Assembly (NCBI GenBank): GCA_016187335.1 | Contig: JACPJW010000001.1 | Location: forward strand, 160,001-224,000 | Origin: Candidatus Aenigmatarchaeota archaeon | GTDB taxonomy: Archaea > Aenigmatarchaeota > Aenigmatarchaeia > GW2011-AR5 | Length of the DNA stretch: 64,000 bases | Direction: 5' to 3' | In this document: piece by piece, positions 39,608 through 48,891 of the stretch | Position numbering within the stretch: the stretch's first letter is position 1 | How the letters are laid out: every line of letters begins with the position of its first letter | Translations under genes and position numbers: made by a program | Notes under the pieces: model-generated | Database searches by the model: none | The model's input: the letters and a program-made list of their open reading frames with translations, nothing else | What the model was told of the DNA's origin: nothing

Positions 39608-40000
39608 ATGGAGCCAGAAGAAATACTGAAAAAATTCCGCGTCATCGCCGTAGTCGGCTGCTCTCGGAATGCAGAAAAGCCTTCGCACCGCGTGCCGGCT
39701 TATCTCAAAGAACGCGGCTACAAAATTATCCCGGTGAACCCGGGCGCTGAAGAGATTTTGGGCGAGAAATGCTATCCGTCGCTGCTTGACGTGCCGGATG
39801 AAATAGATGTCGTTGACATATTCAGGCCGTCCCAGGATGTTGGACCGGTAGTCGACGACGCGATAAAAAAAGATGTGAAAGTTGTGTGGATGCAGTCGGG
39901 AATTATCAACGAAAAAGCCGCCGAGAAAGCAAGGGCGGCTGGGCTGGCTGTGATAATGGACAAGTGCATGATGATTGAGCATGAAAAGATGGAATCTTGA
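39608..40000 (+). CDS. CoA-binding domain protein
   Basis: IAVVGCS, IIPVNP, VWMQSG. Confidence 0.9.
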   Translation: MEPEEILKKFRVIAVVGCSRNAEKPSHRVPAYLKERGYKIIPVNPGAEEILGEKCYPSLLDVPDEIDVVDIFRPSQDVGPVVDDAIKKDVKVVWMQSGIINEKAAEKARAAGLAVIMDKCMMIEHEKMES

Positions 40001-40461
40001 CGATGATGATTATGAAAAAGAAGCCGGCGCGCCGGGAAATGAAAATGACGGTTTCCGATGACGAGTGGAAAAGGAAACTTCCGCCGGCTTGTTATCACAT
40101 TCTCAGGGAGAAAGGAACAGAACCGGCATTCATAGGAAAATTTCTGCACAACAAGGAAAAGGGAGTGTATGTATGCGCAGGGTGCGGCTCTGAGCTTTTT
40201 AGCAGCGATACAAAGTTTGAATCAGGCACAGGATGGCCGTCATTTTTCAGTGCTGTGTCAAAAAATATAGAAACGAAAGAAGACCGAAGCCACAGCATGG
40301 TGCGGACAGAAGTTTTATGCAAAAAATGCGGCGGGCATCTGGGGCATTTATTCGACGACGGACCAACAACAATCAGACGTGCCAATGGCACGTCGGTTCG
40401 TGCGACTGGTTTGCGTTATTGCATAAACTCGCTGGCGCTTGGTTTCAGGAAGAAGAAATAA
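39997..40461 (+). CDS. msrB: peptide-methionine (R)-S-oxide reductase
   Basis: [27 protein letters not shown]. Confidence 0.95.
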   Translation: MTMMIMKKKPARREMKMTVSDDEWKRKLPPACYHILREKGTEPAFIGKFLHNKEKGVYVCAGCGSELFSSDTKFESGTGWPSFFSAVSKNIETKEDRSHSMVRTEVLCKKCGGHLGHLFDDGPTTIRRANGTSVRATGLRYCINSLALGFRKKK

Positions 40462-40463
40462 TT

Positions 40464-41366
40464 TTAAGGTCCTGCAGGCATGGTAATTTGCTGCGCAACA
40501 GAATTGTAATTCCTAAGCACCCTTCCAAGTTCACCGTATGCAACTGCCGCCCTGGCTCTGCTCTGCGCAGCGCGCAAACCTGCACTCCATAAAGTGGCCA
40601 TTGCAGCTTCAGTTGCTTCATCCTTCATTCTGGCTACGGTTACGCCCTTGTATCTTCCGCTCAATTCTCCCAAGGTTTTTGTGCTGTACGGTTCTTCTCT
40701 TGCTACGGACTCATAAGGTTTTTTTCTGACTACTACTTCTTCCAGCGCATATCCCTTTCTGGTCCAGACTAGTCTGTAATAAGTTAACTCAGATTCCGTA
40801 GATGATTTTAAAAGAATGCCAAAAGGAAATAGTTGTAACGCTTTTTCCTTTCCTATTTCTGGGCTTAAAATAAACGTTGAATCAGGATCATCATGCACAG
40901 GATCGTCCGTACCCCGCTCAAAATATCTTTTTTCTGCCAAAATACTGTTTATAACAACATCAGGAGCTCCGTCATGAAGATGGAATTTATACACATCAGG
41001 ATCTGCCAAAGCCAAATCAGGCCTGTTAAAAAATAATGAAAAGAACTGACCTTTTTCATAGTGTTCTAATGTAAGAAACGGCTGGCCGTCTCTTGATATA
41101 CGAACTTGTGACGACACTAAAGATCTATCAATAATTTTTCCCTTTGGTTTCGTGAGATCCCTTGAATCTTTCAGATCAGCAATGTACTTTGCAGAAAAAC
41201 CATCTTCAGTCGGTACGGAATCAGCCGCGACATCAAAATATTCCTCTTTTCTTGCGTCCCCGAATTGAATACCTGCATCGGACAGTTGTTGTAATAAAAA
41301 CCTGACAGTCCTTACATCCGATCTGTCCACTTTTCTGTTTCTAAGGAATTTGGTTAAAGTTACCAT
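40464..41366 (-). CDS. AT-rich orphan protein
   Basis: 300-aa ORF, no recognisable motif. Confidence 0.6.
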   Translation of the reverse strand: MVTLTKFLRNRKVDRSDVRTVRFLLQQLSDAGIQFGDARKEEYFDVAADSVPTEDGFSAKYIADLKDSRDLTKPKGKIIDRSLVSSQVRISRDGQPFLTLEHYEKGQFFSLFFNRPDLALADPDVYKFHLHDGAPDVVINSILAEKRYFERGTDDPVHDDPDSTFILSPEIGKEKALQLFPFGILLKSSTESELTYYRLVWTRKGYALEEVVVRKKPYESVAREEPYSTKTLGELSGRYKGVTVARMKDEATEAAMATLWSAGLRAAQSRARAAVAYGELGRVLRNYNSVAQQITMPAGP

Positions 41367-41565
41367 TAAAATTCAACTTTTCCTTTAACTTTATCTTGGA
41401 AACTCTTATAAAGTTAAAACATTGGAACACTGTAATTTCTTTGTGATGTTGCTGTAAATGAAAATTAAAGTGTGTTTTTTATTCCAGAAAGAAGAAAATA
41501 ACAAAAAGGTAAAATTTAGATAATCATTTGGCTAAAACTTCGCCGGCTTCTCCGCGTTTGCATGC

Positions 41566-42030
41566 CTACTTTGCCAGATAGCCGTTGACGATCCCGAAAA
41601 CGCCGAGGAGCAGGGCGCCTGCCATGAACTGCCACTGGGAGCCGAACGCCGGGACGAAAAGGGATGAAACCACGAGGACAAGGCCTGCATAGTCGGAAAG
41701 CGGGTTGTGCGCTGCATGGCCGCCTGCGAACATCGCGGCACCGAGAAGCAGGAGCCACAGCGACATCAGCACAGCGGCGCTGAGAGGGATAACCTCAAAG
41801 GCGATTGCCAAGGTTGCCAAAAATCCGAACAAGCCCGCGGACATCCATACCGCCATCATTCCTTTCGGCGAGCCCTTCATCTGCTTTCCTACCCACATGT
41901 TCAGGATATTTATTACCACGGCGATTCCTATCCACAGCCATGAAACGTTGTAGCCGCCCGCTGCCAGGTAATGCGCACCGGCAAATAACAGAAGCAGAAC
42001 AACGCCCCACGCTGTCAAGGGTGTATTCAT
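41566..42030 (-). CDS. membrane protein
   Basis: About 6 hydrophobic segments. Confidence 0.75.
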   Translation of the reverse strand: MNTPLTAWGVVLLLLFAGAHYLAAGGYNVSWLWIGIAVVINILNMWVGKQMKGSPKGMMAVWMSAGLFGFLATLAIAFEVIPLSAAVLMSLWLLLLGAAMFAGGHAAHNPLSDYAGLVLVVSSLFVPAFGSQWQFMAGALLLGVFGIVNGYLAK

Positions 42031-42124
42031 AATAAAATTATTGGGATAAGCGGTATATAAAATTAATCTGCAGGCTAAAGTTTGAGAATTTTGCTATTAA
42101 TACTGGGTAATTCAAATAATTTTT

Positions 42125-42775
42125 ATGGCATCCAAGGCTGACAAATTCCTGCTGCTGTCCGGCATCTTCGGCCCCGTTGTGTTCATTCTTGTCATCTTTG
42201 TTTCTGGCATGCTGTACCCCGGATACAGCCACGTAAGCAACGTCATCAGCGACCTCGGCGCGGCAGGAAGCCCTGTCAGGGATTTCATGAACATCTTCGG
42301 GTTCATGCTGTACGGGATTTCCATTGTGGTCTTCGCTGCTGGCGTTTACAAATTAAGGGGAAAAAGCCTCCTCGGAAAGACAATATCAGTTTTTTTTCTG
42401 CTGGGCGGCATTTCAATGTTCCTGATAGGCGTATTTCCGAGCGATGCGCCCTGCAGGGAAGGGCCGAGATTCTGCCCTGCCCCGACTTCCGCGGCAGAGA
42501 TGCACAACATCGCAACTTACAGCACATTCCTTTTCATGTTCCCCGCATTTATCCTGCTGGTCATTGACACAAGAAACGAGAAAACGATGAGATATTATTT
42601 TGCGGTTGCCGGCGCACTTGGATTGATAATTGCGTATTTCGGTTACACCTGGCTCACGGTCGACAGCTATGAGAAATCCCTCACAGCAGGACTGATGCAA
42701 AGAGCTACTTTAGCAGGGCTCTTCTTGCTGATGATGTATACTTCCCTGAAGCTTCACGGCCTGAAGAAGAAATAA
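42125..42775 (+). CDS. DUF998-like membrane protein
   Basis: YSHVSNVISDLGA, GVFP, H in TM segment, GLMQR. Confidence 0.8.
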   Translation: MASKADKFLLLSGIFGPVVFILVIFVSGMLYPGYSHVSNVISDLGAAGSPVRDFMNIFGFMLYGISIVVFAAGVYKLRGKSLLGKTISVFFLLGGISMFLIGVFPSDAPCREGPRFCPAPTSAAEMHNIATYSTFLFMFPAFILLVIDTRNEKTMRYYFAVAGALGLIIAYFGYTWLTVDSYEKSLTAGLMQRATLAGLFLLMMYTSLKLHGLKKK

Positions 42776-42834
42776 CGCTATAGTCTTTTGAAATACCGAA
42801 GAGGCTTTAATTGTCGTGTATTGCAGTTGGAATC

Positions 42835-43416
42835 CTAGTGCACCAGCCTGAACCCGATATCGGTTCCCATCTTTAGCGTGTAGCCCAGCTGTATGTTCAG
42901 GTATCCCAGAGTTTCCAGCCAGCGGGCGTTTTGCAGCGGTCCGGCGTCCACAGCGTCAAAGCCGATGTCCTGTCCAAGCTCAAGCACGTGCTGCTTCGCA
43001 GCATGGTCATCGCCGGCAACGAACAGCGTCAGTTTTTCGCCCTTGACTTTGCCGGTGGACATGTTGCCGGCAAAAACAGTGTTGAACGCTTTGACGATCT
43101 TCGCTTTTGGCGCTTTTTTCTGCAGCTCCTCTGCCCCGCTTGTATTGAAGCCTAGAGCAAGTTTAAAATCAGGAGTGAGCACATTAGTGACGTCTACGAA
43201 CGTCTTCCCATTGACTGCATCGCCCATTTCGCGGAGTGCATTGTCAACCTCGCTGAAAGGCACGGCAAGAATAATTACATCGCCCCACGAAGCAGTTTCC
43301 CTGGCTGCCTTCGGTTCCTTCCCGACAGCGCGGACGTCATAGCCGGCGCGTTCAAGCCCCTTCTTGAGCGCGCTGCCGACATTTCCTTTGCCGATGATAG
43401 CAATTTTTGGTTTCAT
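42835..43416 (-). CDS. NADPH-dependent F420 reductase family oxidoreductase
   Basis: GKGNVG, VDVTN, VKAFNTV, DAGPL. Confidence 0.88.
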   Translation of the reverse strand: MKPKIAIIGKGNVGSALKKGLERAGYDVRAVGKEPKAARETASWGDVIILAVPFSEVDNALREMGDAVNGKTFVDVTNVLTPDFKLALGFNTSGAEELQKKAPKAKIVKAFNTVFAGNMSTGKVKGEKLTLFVAGDDHAAKQHVLELGQDIGFDAVDAGPLQNARWLETLGYLNIQLGYTLKMGTDIGFRLVH

Positions 43417-43443
43417 GCCAATCTCCGTTAAGTAATAAGCCAT

Positions 43444-43468
43444 AATAAAAATAAAAGGTGACCTGCCG
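43444..43468 (+). repeat. copy of a 25-bp direct repeat matching the rnpB 3' end (45701-45725)
   Basis: aataaaaataaaaggtgacctgccg vs aataaaaattagaggtgacctgccg, 23/25 identical. Confidence 0.7.
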
Positions 43469-43591
43469 TCAAAGATACGGAGAAGGAAGGTGGCTGACGG
43501 CGGGCTTTAATTCGTTTTATAGGAAATAACTGTATCACAGTCTTCTTCACGCCAGAAATTATTTTATTTCCAGAAACAGTATAATTAGCCG

Positions 43592-44320
43592 ATGACATCA
43601 GATTATTGGGAAAGAGAATCGGGTTTTTACGATAGGCAGTGGAAGGGTTCTCCCGTGTCTGAATTTGATTATGCCTGCACAAAGGACATGCTTTTTCGTT
43701 TTCTTGAGCCCTCTATGAATGATAAGATACTGGAAATTGGGTGTGGCCTTGGGACGTGGACAGAGCTTGTTGGTAGTAAGTGTCGGGCTATAACAGCTGT
43801 GGACGTCTCCAAAGAAATGATACGAAAAGCCAAGAAGAATGTAAGCCTGAAGAATGTAAAGTTTGTTGTTTCGGATTTCCTATCTTTCGGGACAAAGGAA
43901 AGATTTAATAAAATATTTGCAGTGCGCTCTTTCGAATACCTTGATGATACGAAAGCTGGACTAAGAAAGGTTTGGGGTATGTTGAAGCCAAGTGGAAGAT
44001 TCGTAATCATAACAAAGTCTAAGCCTTGCGCATGGGAGTTCGTTTATCATGAAAGGTGGAAAAGGAGTGGATTCAGACAGAACAAAATTTCTTATACAAA
44101 AATGAGAAAATTGCTCCATTCTGTGGGATTTGTTGATGTAAAGATGCTGCCGGCTATCATTAGATTCCCTATATTCCGCGGGGGAAATAGGGAAATACCC
44201 ATGATACCCAATTCAGTAGCAAAATATTTACTGGCACCAGGGTTTGTACTGCGCAGATTTCAACCCCTTATTGTATTCGCGGAATCGTATGCTGCCTATG
44301 CTACAAGAGGCGAATCGTGA
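43592..44320 (+). CDS. class I SAM-dependent methyltransferase
   Basis: ILEIGCGLG motif I. Confidence 0.9.
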   Translation: MTSDYWERESGFYDRQWKGSPVSEFDYACTKDMLFRFLEPSMNDKILEIGCGLGTWTELVGSKCRAITAVDVSKEMIRKAKKNVSLKNVKFVVSDFLSFGTKERFNKIFAVRSFEYLDDTKAGLRKVWGMLKPSGRFVIITKSKPCAWEFVYHERWKRSGFRQNKISYTKMRKLLHSVGFVDVKMLPAIIRFPIFRGGNREIPMIPNSVAKYLLAPGFVLRRFQPLIVFAESYAAYATRGES

Positions 44321-45432
44321 TGCGTAATGAGGTATCTGTAATAATATGCACGCGCAATAGACCAGACTACCTAAAAAAATGTATCGCTTCAATTCTAAAG
44401 CAATCCGTCAAGCCAAAAGAAATAATTGTTGTAGACGACGCTTCTGATGAAAGAATTGACTCCATCCAGATGCTAAATGCCATCTTTTTCTCTGTGCGGA
44501 ATAAAGTCTCTAACCTGCCATCAGGAAATATTGAGATAAAGTACATAAGAAATAAGCGCAGACAGGGCGTAGTCAGAAGCAGGAATATTGGCATCGCAGC
44601 AGCGAGAAGCGATGTAGTCGCATTCATCGATGACGATGGTTACGCTCATAAGGACTGGATAAAGGACCTTTTGAAGTGCTATCAAGCTAAAGGTGTAGTA
44701 GGCGTCGGAGGCCCTGTCATAGAGGTTGGCAGAGATGTCGAAACAAAGCCGCATTTCAAAAGACTTTCTTATATAACGAGCCATGGCGACATAAAGCACA
44801 ACTACAGGGTGAAGAGATTCAAAGACATCAAAAATCTCCGTTCCGGGGCTGTAAAATTTCTCATGGGCGGTAACATGTCATTCAGAAGGGGTGTTCTCCT
44901 GAAACTCCACGGCTTTAATGCACAATACAAAGGCAATTATTACAGGGAAGAAACCGATATGTGCATGAGGGTTTCAAAGATTGGCAAGATCATCTTTGAG
45001 CCGTCTGTCGTAACATATCATAATACTGCAAAATATGGCGGAACAAGGGATGTCATCAGTTTGGAAAATTTCCTTTACTGGTATTTCAGGAATACTATAC
45101 TTCTGTTTTTTCGGCATTTCGGCATTAAAAATGCAGCAATAAAAACATGGAGGCAGTTCAAGAAATATTTCGGGGGTGTCAGAAACGGTACAATCAAGAC
45201 TAACAGGGACTACCTTATAATCGGTGCGTCTTTCAAGATACTGATTGCGATACTAACAGGCACTATTGTGGGGATACTTGTAGGCTTGGTTTTTGACAAG
45301 CCTCTGAAGAAATTAATGTACAAGAACCCTGAATACGCAACATTAATCATCATATCCTTAATGGGAACGACATTCCAAATCGTAGACTACAGAAATATAG
45401 AAAATATCATTAGGCATTTGGATAAGCCTTGA
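44317..45432 (+). CDS. GT2 glycosyltransferase
   Basis: ICTRNRP, VVDDAS, FIDDD, REETD. Confidence 0.9.
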   Translation: MMRNEVSVIICTRNRPDYLKKCIASILKQSVKPKEIIVVDDASDERIDSIQMLNAIFFSVRNKVSNLPSGNIEIKYIRNKRRQGVVRSRNIGIAAARSDVVAFIDDDGYAHKDWIKDLLKCYQAKGVVGVGGPVIEVGRDVETKPHFKRLSYITSHGDIKHNYRVKRFKDIKNLRSGAVKFLMGGNMSFRRGVLLKLHGFNAQYKGNYYREETDMCMRVSKIGKIIFEPSVVTYHNTAKYGGTRDVISLENFLYWYFRNTILLFFRHFGIKNAAIKTWRQFKKYFGGVRNGTIKTNRDYLIIGASFKILIAILTGTIVGILVGLVFDKPLKKLMYKNPEYATLIIISLMGTTFQIVDYRNIENIIRHLDKP

Positions 45433-45477
45433 ATAGTGAATATGAATAAATATCTGCGGGCTAACGCCCGTAGTATT

Positions 45478-45600
45478 TTCTTCAGGAAAGCATAGCTTTC
45501 CGAAGACTCAAGAAAGCTTCGCTTTCTTCGAGTTGCAGATGTTCAGAAAGCTGAGCTTTCTGACACCCCAAAAAGCTTCGCTTTTTGAGCGAATGCAGAA
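45478..45600. repeat. cluster of four GAAAGC-loop-GCTTTC-type palindromic hairpins
   Basis: ggaaagcatagctttcc, agaaagcttcgctttct, agaaagctgagctttct, aaaaagcttcgcttttt. Confidence 0.8.
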
Positions 45601-45713
45601 GCGTTATAAACGGCTTAAAAGCCGCAGTACAACAAGGACCTAAGGTCTTTGTGTACACATGGAACCTTCAGTTCCATGCTGTATTGACTGCATTTCATGC
45701 AATAAAAATTAGA

Positions 45714-46126
45714 GGTGACCTGCCGATAGCCTGTCTTTTGTCGGCCTTCATTCACCGGCGAAAGTTTTTCTTTTCGCCGACGTTTTCTTTTTTGAAAAAG
45801 AAAAGGCCGTGCAACATTTGTCTTTGCGTCGTTATAACTTGCACCCGCGCGCAGCGGGCCGTTTCATCCGGTTTCTCCTTTGACAGAGATAAAGCACAAA
45901 TCATAAATCATTGTGCGACCGGTATCGTTTCTGTTCCCGCTGTTACCTTCAAGGATAGGGCATTGCTGCCTCGCGCTTTCCTTTTCCGGCCGCGCTTTGT
46001 GAGCGCAGCGAACAAAGGGTGGGTGGACAGAGCTTCCTCAATCAGAACCTGCAAGTTCCGCGCCTTTTCCGAAAAAAAGACGATTCCCCAACACAAGTCC
46101 CGACCGGTGGTTGCTGGCAGGTCACC
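45714..46126 (-). ncRNA. rnpB: RNase P RNA
   Basis: 11-bp P1 (GGTGACCTGCC/GGCAGGTCACC); P4 strands GAGGAAGCTCTGTCC (46039-46025) and ACAAAAGACAGGCTA (45741-45727); ACAGAAACG, GATGAAACGG and GTGCAAG conserved segments in the expected order. Confidence 0.88.
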
Positions 46127-46163
46127 GTCATAATATACATAGAAGTGTTAATAAGCGTTGCGC

Positions 46164-46853
46164 TTACACAACAGCCTTGAATAATTTTCCGGGGTTATGA
46201 GGAGTTTCCAGATACCCGCTCGCAATAGCCCTTATCAAAGGCGTGCTTCCATCGCTTCTTGCCAATTCTTCCGCAGGCATCCACCCTATGTTATCAAGTT
46301 CTGGTCTTTCTGATTTCAGCAGCGGGGTTTTCTCCGGTTCGCCTTTGTATTCTATAGAAAATGCGTGCACCACGAATGGGTCTGGCACGAAAATGCCTTT
46401 TTCATATATTCCGAATGTCGTATCCGTGCAAAGACCTATATACTCCACATCACTTATCCTTCTCATGAAATTGCGGTAAACTTCCTGCCTTGCCTCAAGG
46501 AGTGCAACCCACAGTGCCGGCAATTCTTCCCCTCTTCCTATTCTTTCATTTACTTTTTCAAGAAAACTCTGCTCGTCTGGTTCTAATCTTCTTACACCGT
46601 CTGGCCCGTTTTCCAGATAATACCGCAGAAATAATCCGGCATCGTCTTTCTGCGCCCTACCTATGGGCGTTAATGTCCTTTTGTATAAAATATCTTTCTT
46701 TGTACGGTCGCCCACAAGTAAATGACCATGATTGTGAATGAGCAAAGTGCTTGCTGTCTTGTATTGCCCTTCGCGAAGATCCAAAAACTGCTTGTAAAAA
46801 CCAGGACTATTCAAATCCATATTCCCAGGTTTCGGAATCCAAAGTAATGCCAT
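46164..46853 (-). CDS. AT-rich orphan, possibly a divergent Nudix fold
   Basis: HLLVGDR, ALLEARQEV and ELDNIGWMPAEEL loosely resemble Nudix elements. Confidence 0.5.
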   Translation of the reverse strand: MALLWIPKPGNMDLNSPGFYKQFLDLREGQYKTASTLLIHNHGHLLVGDRTKKDILYKRTLTPIGRAQKDDAGLFLRYYLENGPDGVRRLEPDEQSFLEKVNERIGRGEELPALWVALLEARQEVYRNFMRRISDVEYIGLCTDTTFGIYEKGIFVPDPFVVHAFSIEYKGEPEKTPLLKSERPELDNIGWMPAEELARSDGSTPLIRAIASGYLETPHNPGKLFKAVV

Positions 46854-46983
46854 TAACTCGCACCAAATTTGATTATATTTACTACTTATCAGTTACGTAT
46901 TTAAGGATTTTACCTGTGTTTGTAATTCACAGCGGATACATTATTAACCTACTTTGTACGTTTTATCTCCAAGTTTTTGCCAG

Positions 46984-47133
46984 CCGATTTCTGTTATGGC
47001 TCGGCTTTGTCGCCACTATCATGCTGGCATAGTCTTGTGAGACAGGAAGCCCGTTAAGCTGTACCTGATTAACATCGGCTTCCAGCTGGTAAATCTCCTG
47101 CTTATGGGTGCCCTGCTGGCTGTGTGGGTTTAA
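46984..47133 (+). pseudogene. 3' remnant of a DUF1761-like membrane protein gene
   Basis: LWLGFVATIMLA, frameshift, then IVL*DRKPVKLYLINIGFQLVNLLLMGALLAVWV*; 5' part missing. Confidence 0.6.
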
Positions 47134-47648
47134 AGGACCATCACATGCTCTTCCGAGAAGTATCTTAATATTATTTCAGAAAGCGGTATGTGGTTGTAGT
47201 ACCAGTCAATGTCCACAAATACTTTCCTTCTTTCGTCTCCTTTAAAGACAAACCCGTAGATGTCCCGTTCGCCATGTTCCAATTCCACCTGACCGCCTTG
47301 CGTAAGGTCTTCTGTAATAACTCCAACAGAATCACCGCAGACTGTGCCGATGCAAAAAGCCGGGACGTCCTTCCCTTCATCGTGCAGTCTCTCGGCGTTC
47401 TGGCAGTAAATTTCCATAAGCCTAGACTGTTGCTCTCTGTCAAAATTTCCGTAAACGGTGTCGGGCCGTAACGCCCTGAGGGCTACGTATAATCCGGACG
47501 GTGTTCTCCCTATTCTATACAGGTTAACAGTGCCACCGAAAGAAAACTGTTCTGACTGTCTGGTAAACGCCTTCCTAGCAGTATTCAGCATTTCCGGACC
47601 GGATTCTATCTCCTTTTTCACCGTTAATGAATGTTCAAAATAACCCAT
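47130..47648 (-). CDS. AT-rich orphan, possibly a degenerate kinase-like fold
   Basis: YVALR, ITEDL, VFVDID; start uncertain. Confidence 0.5.
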   Translation of the reverse strand: MGYFEHSLTVKKEIESGPEMLNTARKAFTRQSEQFSFGGTVNLYRIGRTPSGLYVALRALRPDTVYGNFDREQQSRLMEIYCQNAERLHDEGKDVPAFCIGTVCGDSVGVITEDLTQGGQVELEHGERDIYGFVFKGDERRKVFVDIDWYYNHIPLSEIILRYFSEEHVMVL

Positions 47649-47725
47649 GCGAAAAGGTAGTTTAATAACCTTAAATTGCTTTAGAAAATTCAATCAAAAA
47701 GAAGTAAAAGTAAGTAGGTTAAGGC

Positions 47726-47830
47726 CTACTTTCTGAATTCTTTGCCGCAAAAGCCGCAGAAAGAGACTCCCCTGGCTTTGACTATATGTCCCTTGAAGCC
47801 GTCTCCGCAATTATGCAACTTTTTCTTCAT
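47726..47830 (-). CDS. small Cys/His zinc-finger-like protein, 34 aa
   Basis: Manual translation MKKKLHNCGDGFKGHIVKARGVSFCGFCGKEFRK with a GGGGTG SD-like motif upstream. Confidence 0.45.
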   Translation of the reverse strand: MKKKLHNCGDGFKGHIVKARGVSFCGFCGKEFRK

Positions 47831-48260
47831 TCCAACACCCCGAAATAAATGAATATTCACGAAGAGCAAAGCTCTTCGGAATCCCGAAGAAACTTTGTTT
47901 CTTCGAAGATATTCTGATGTGACGGAAGGTAGTCATGAATGACCACCAAATTGCTGAGTAACCCCCAGAAACGCCACACCCAGTGTCCTATATATTATCT
48001 TTCCTGATTTATATAGATTTCGGTTCTTAACCTACGACCTTTCCGTAGTAACTTCTATGACGGTGTTATAAATTGAAGAAAAAAACGTCACAGGCCGAGG
48101 AGGAGCAATATAACATCGCAATTATACGCCAACTAACGCTGCATTTCATCCGACGGCTCGCTCAGAAACGGAACGTTTCTGGCGTGTCAAAGAACTCCCG
48201 TTCTTTGCACATCGCCGTTGTCTTGCAGTTGAGGGTTAGCGCATGTTTTCGCGATTTTGT

Positions 48261-48284
48261 GCCTTAGGAAAATTAAAGGCTAGC
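48261..48284 (-). other. 3' strand of the pre-23S processing BHB (pairs with 54029-54052)
   Basis: GCTAGC CTTT AAT TTTCCTAAGGC pairs with GCCTTAGGAAA GAAG ATA GCTAGC. Confidence 0.85.
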
Positions 48285-48679
48285 ATTGGCGTAGGAGAGC
48301 GTGGGCTGAATAGCTCGCCGAAGCTTGCTACTTACACCCCGCTTCCATACCTGGTCGTCTTGCCAGTGCCGACTGCCTATTTTCGAGAGCGGCTTGGGGC
48401 TTAGATGCTTTCAGCCCTTATCCGCGTATGGCGTAGCTACCCGGCAATGCCTTGTCAGACAACCGGTACACCAGAGGCCACGGAAGGATGTTCCTTTCGT
48501 ACTTATCCTTCCTTTCTCTCAGGCAAAAGCACCTCCAGCAGATATAGACCAAACTGGCTCACACCGTTCTGAACCCAGCTAACGTGCCCTTTTAATCTGT
48601 GAACTCCAGCACCCTTGGCGGCTGCTGCACCGCCAGGAGAGGACGAGCCGACAGCGACGCCGCAACGCGCGGGGTCGAT

Positions 48680-48763
48680 TTGTTCTCTGGATTCTGCGAT
48701 CTAAGTTTGACTACCTCAGGCTATTCCAGCTGAGAATATGTAGACAATGTCGCAGATCCGGAT
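48680..48763 (-). other. 23S BHB intron A (84 nt, H89 loop, about Ec 2477/2478)
   Basis: Central GTTC/GAAC, bulges TT|A and AA|A. Confidence 0.85.
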
Positions 48764-48791
48764 AAGAACTCTCACCCGCCACGACACCATT

Positions 48792-48891
48792 ATAGGGTAA
48801 AGTAAACCTATAGCTAGTTGCTATCTAAATCTAACTAAATCTAATTTGTTAGCAGACCCAGACTGCGACTTAGCTTCCCGGCTTACTTCAT
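48792..48891 (-). other. 23S BHB intron B (100 nt, Ec 2449/2450)
   Basis: GGGG/CCCT central helix, AT|A bulges, 11-bp inner helix. Confidence 0.9.

Noticed and set aside
45478-45600. CRISPR array
   Set aside because: Hairpins differ in sequence, lack unique spacers of uniform length, and no cas operon is nearby
48060-48260. 5S rRNA or SRP RNA after the 23S
   Set aside because: No conserved 5S or SRP motifs; explained as the pre-rRNA trailer plus family-B hairpins
48825-48844. 10-bp tandem duplication (ctaaatctaa x2) in intron B
   Set aside because: Real but most simply replication slippage in a neutral loop
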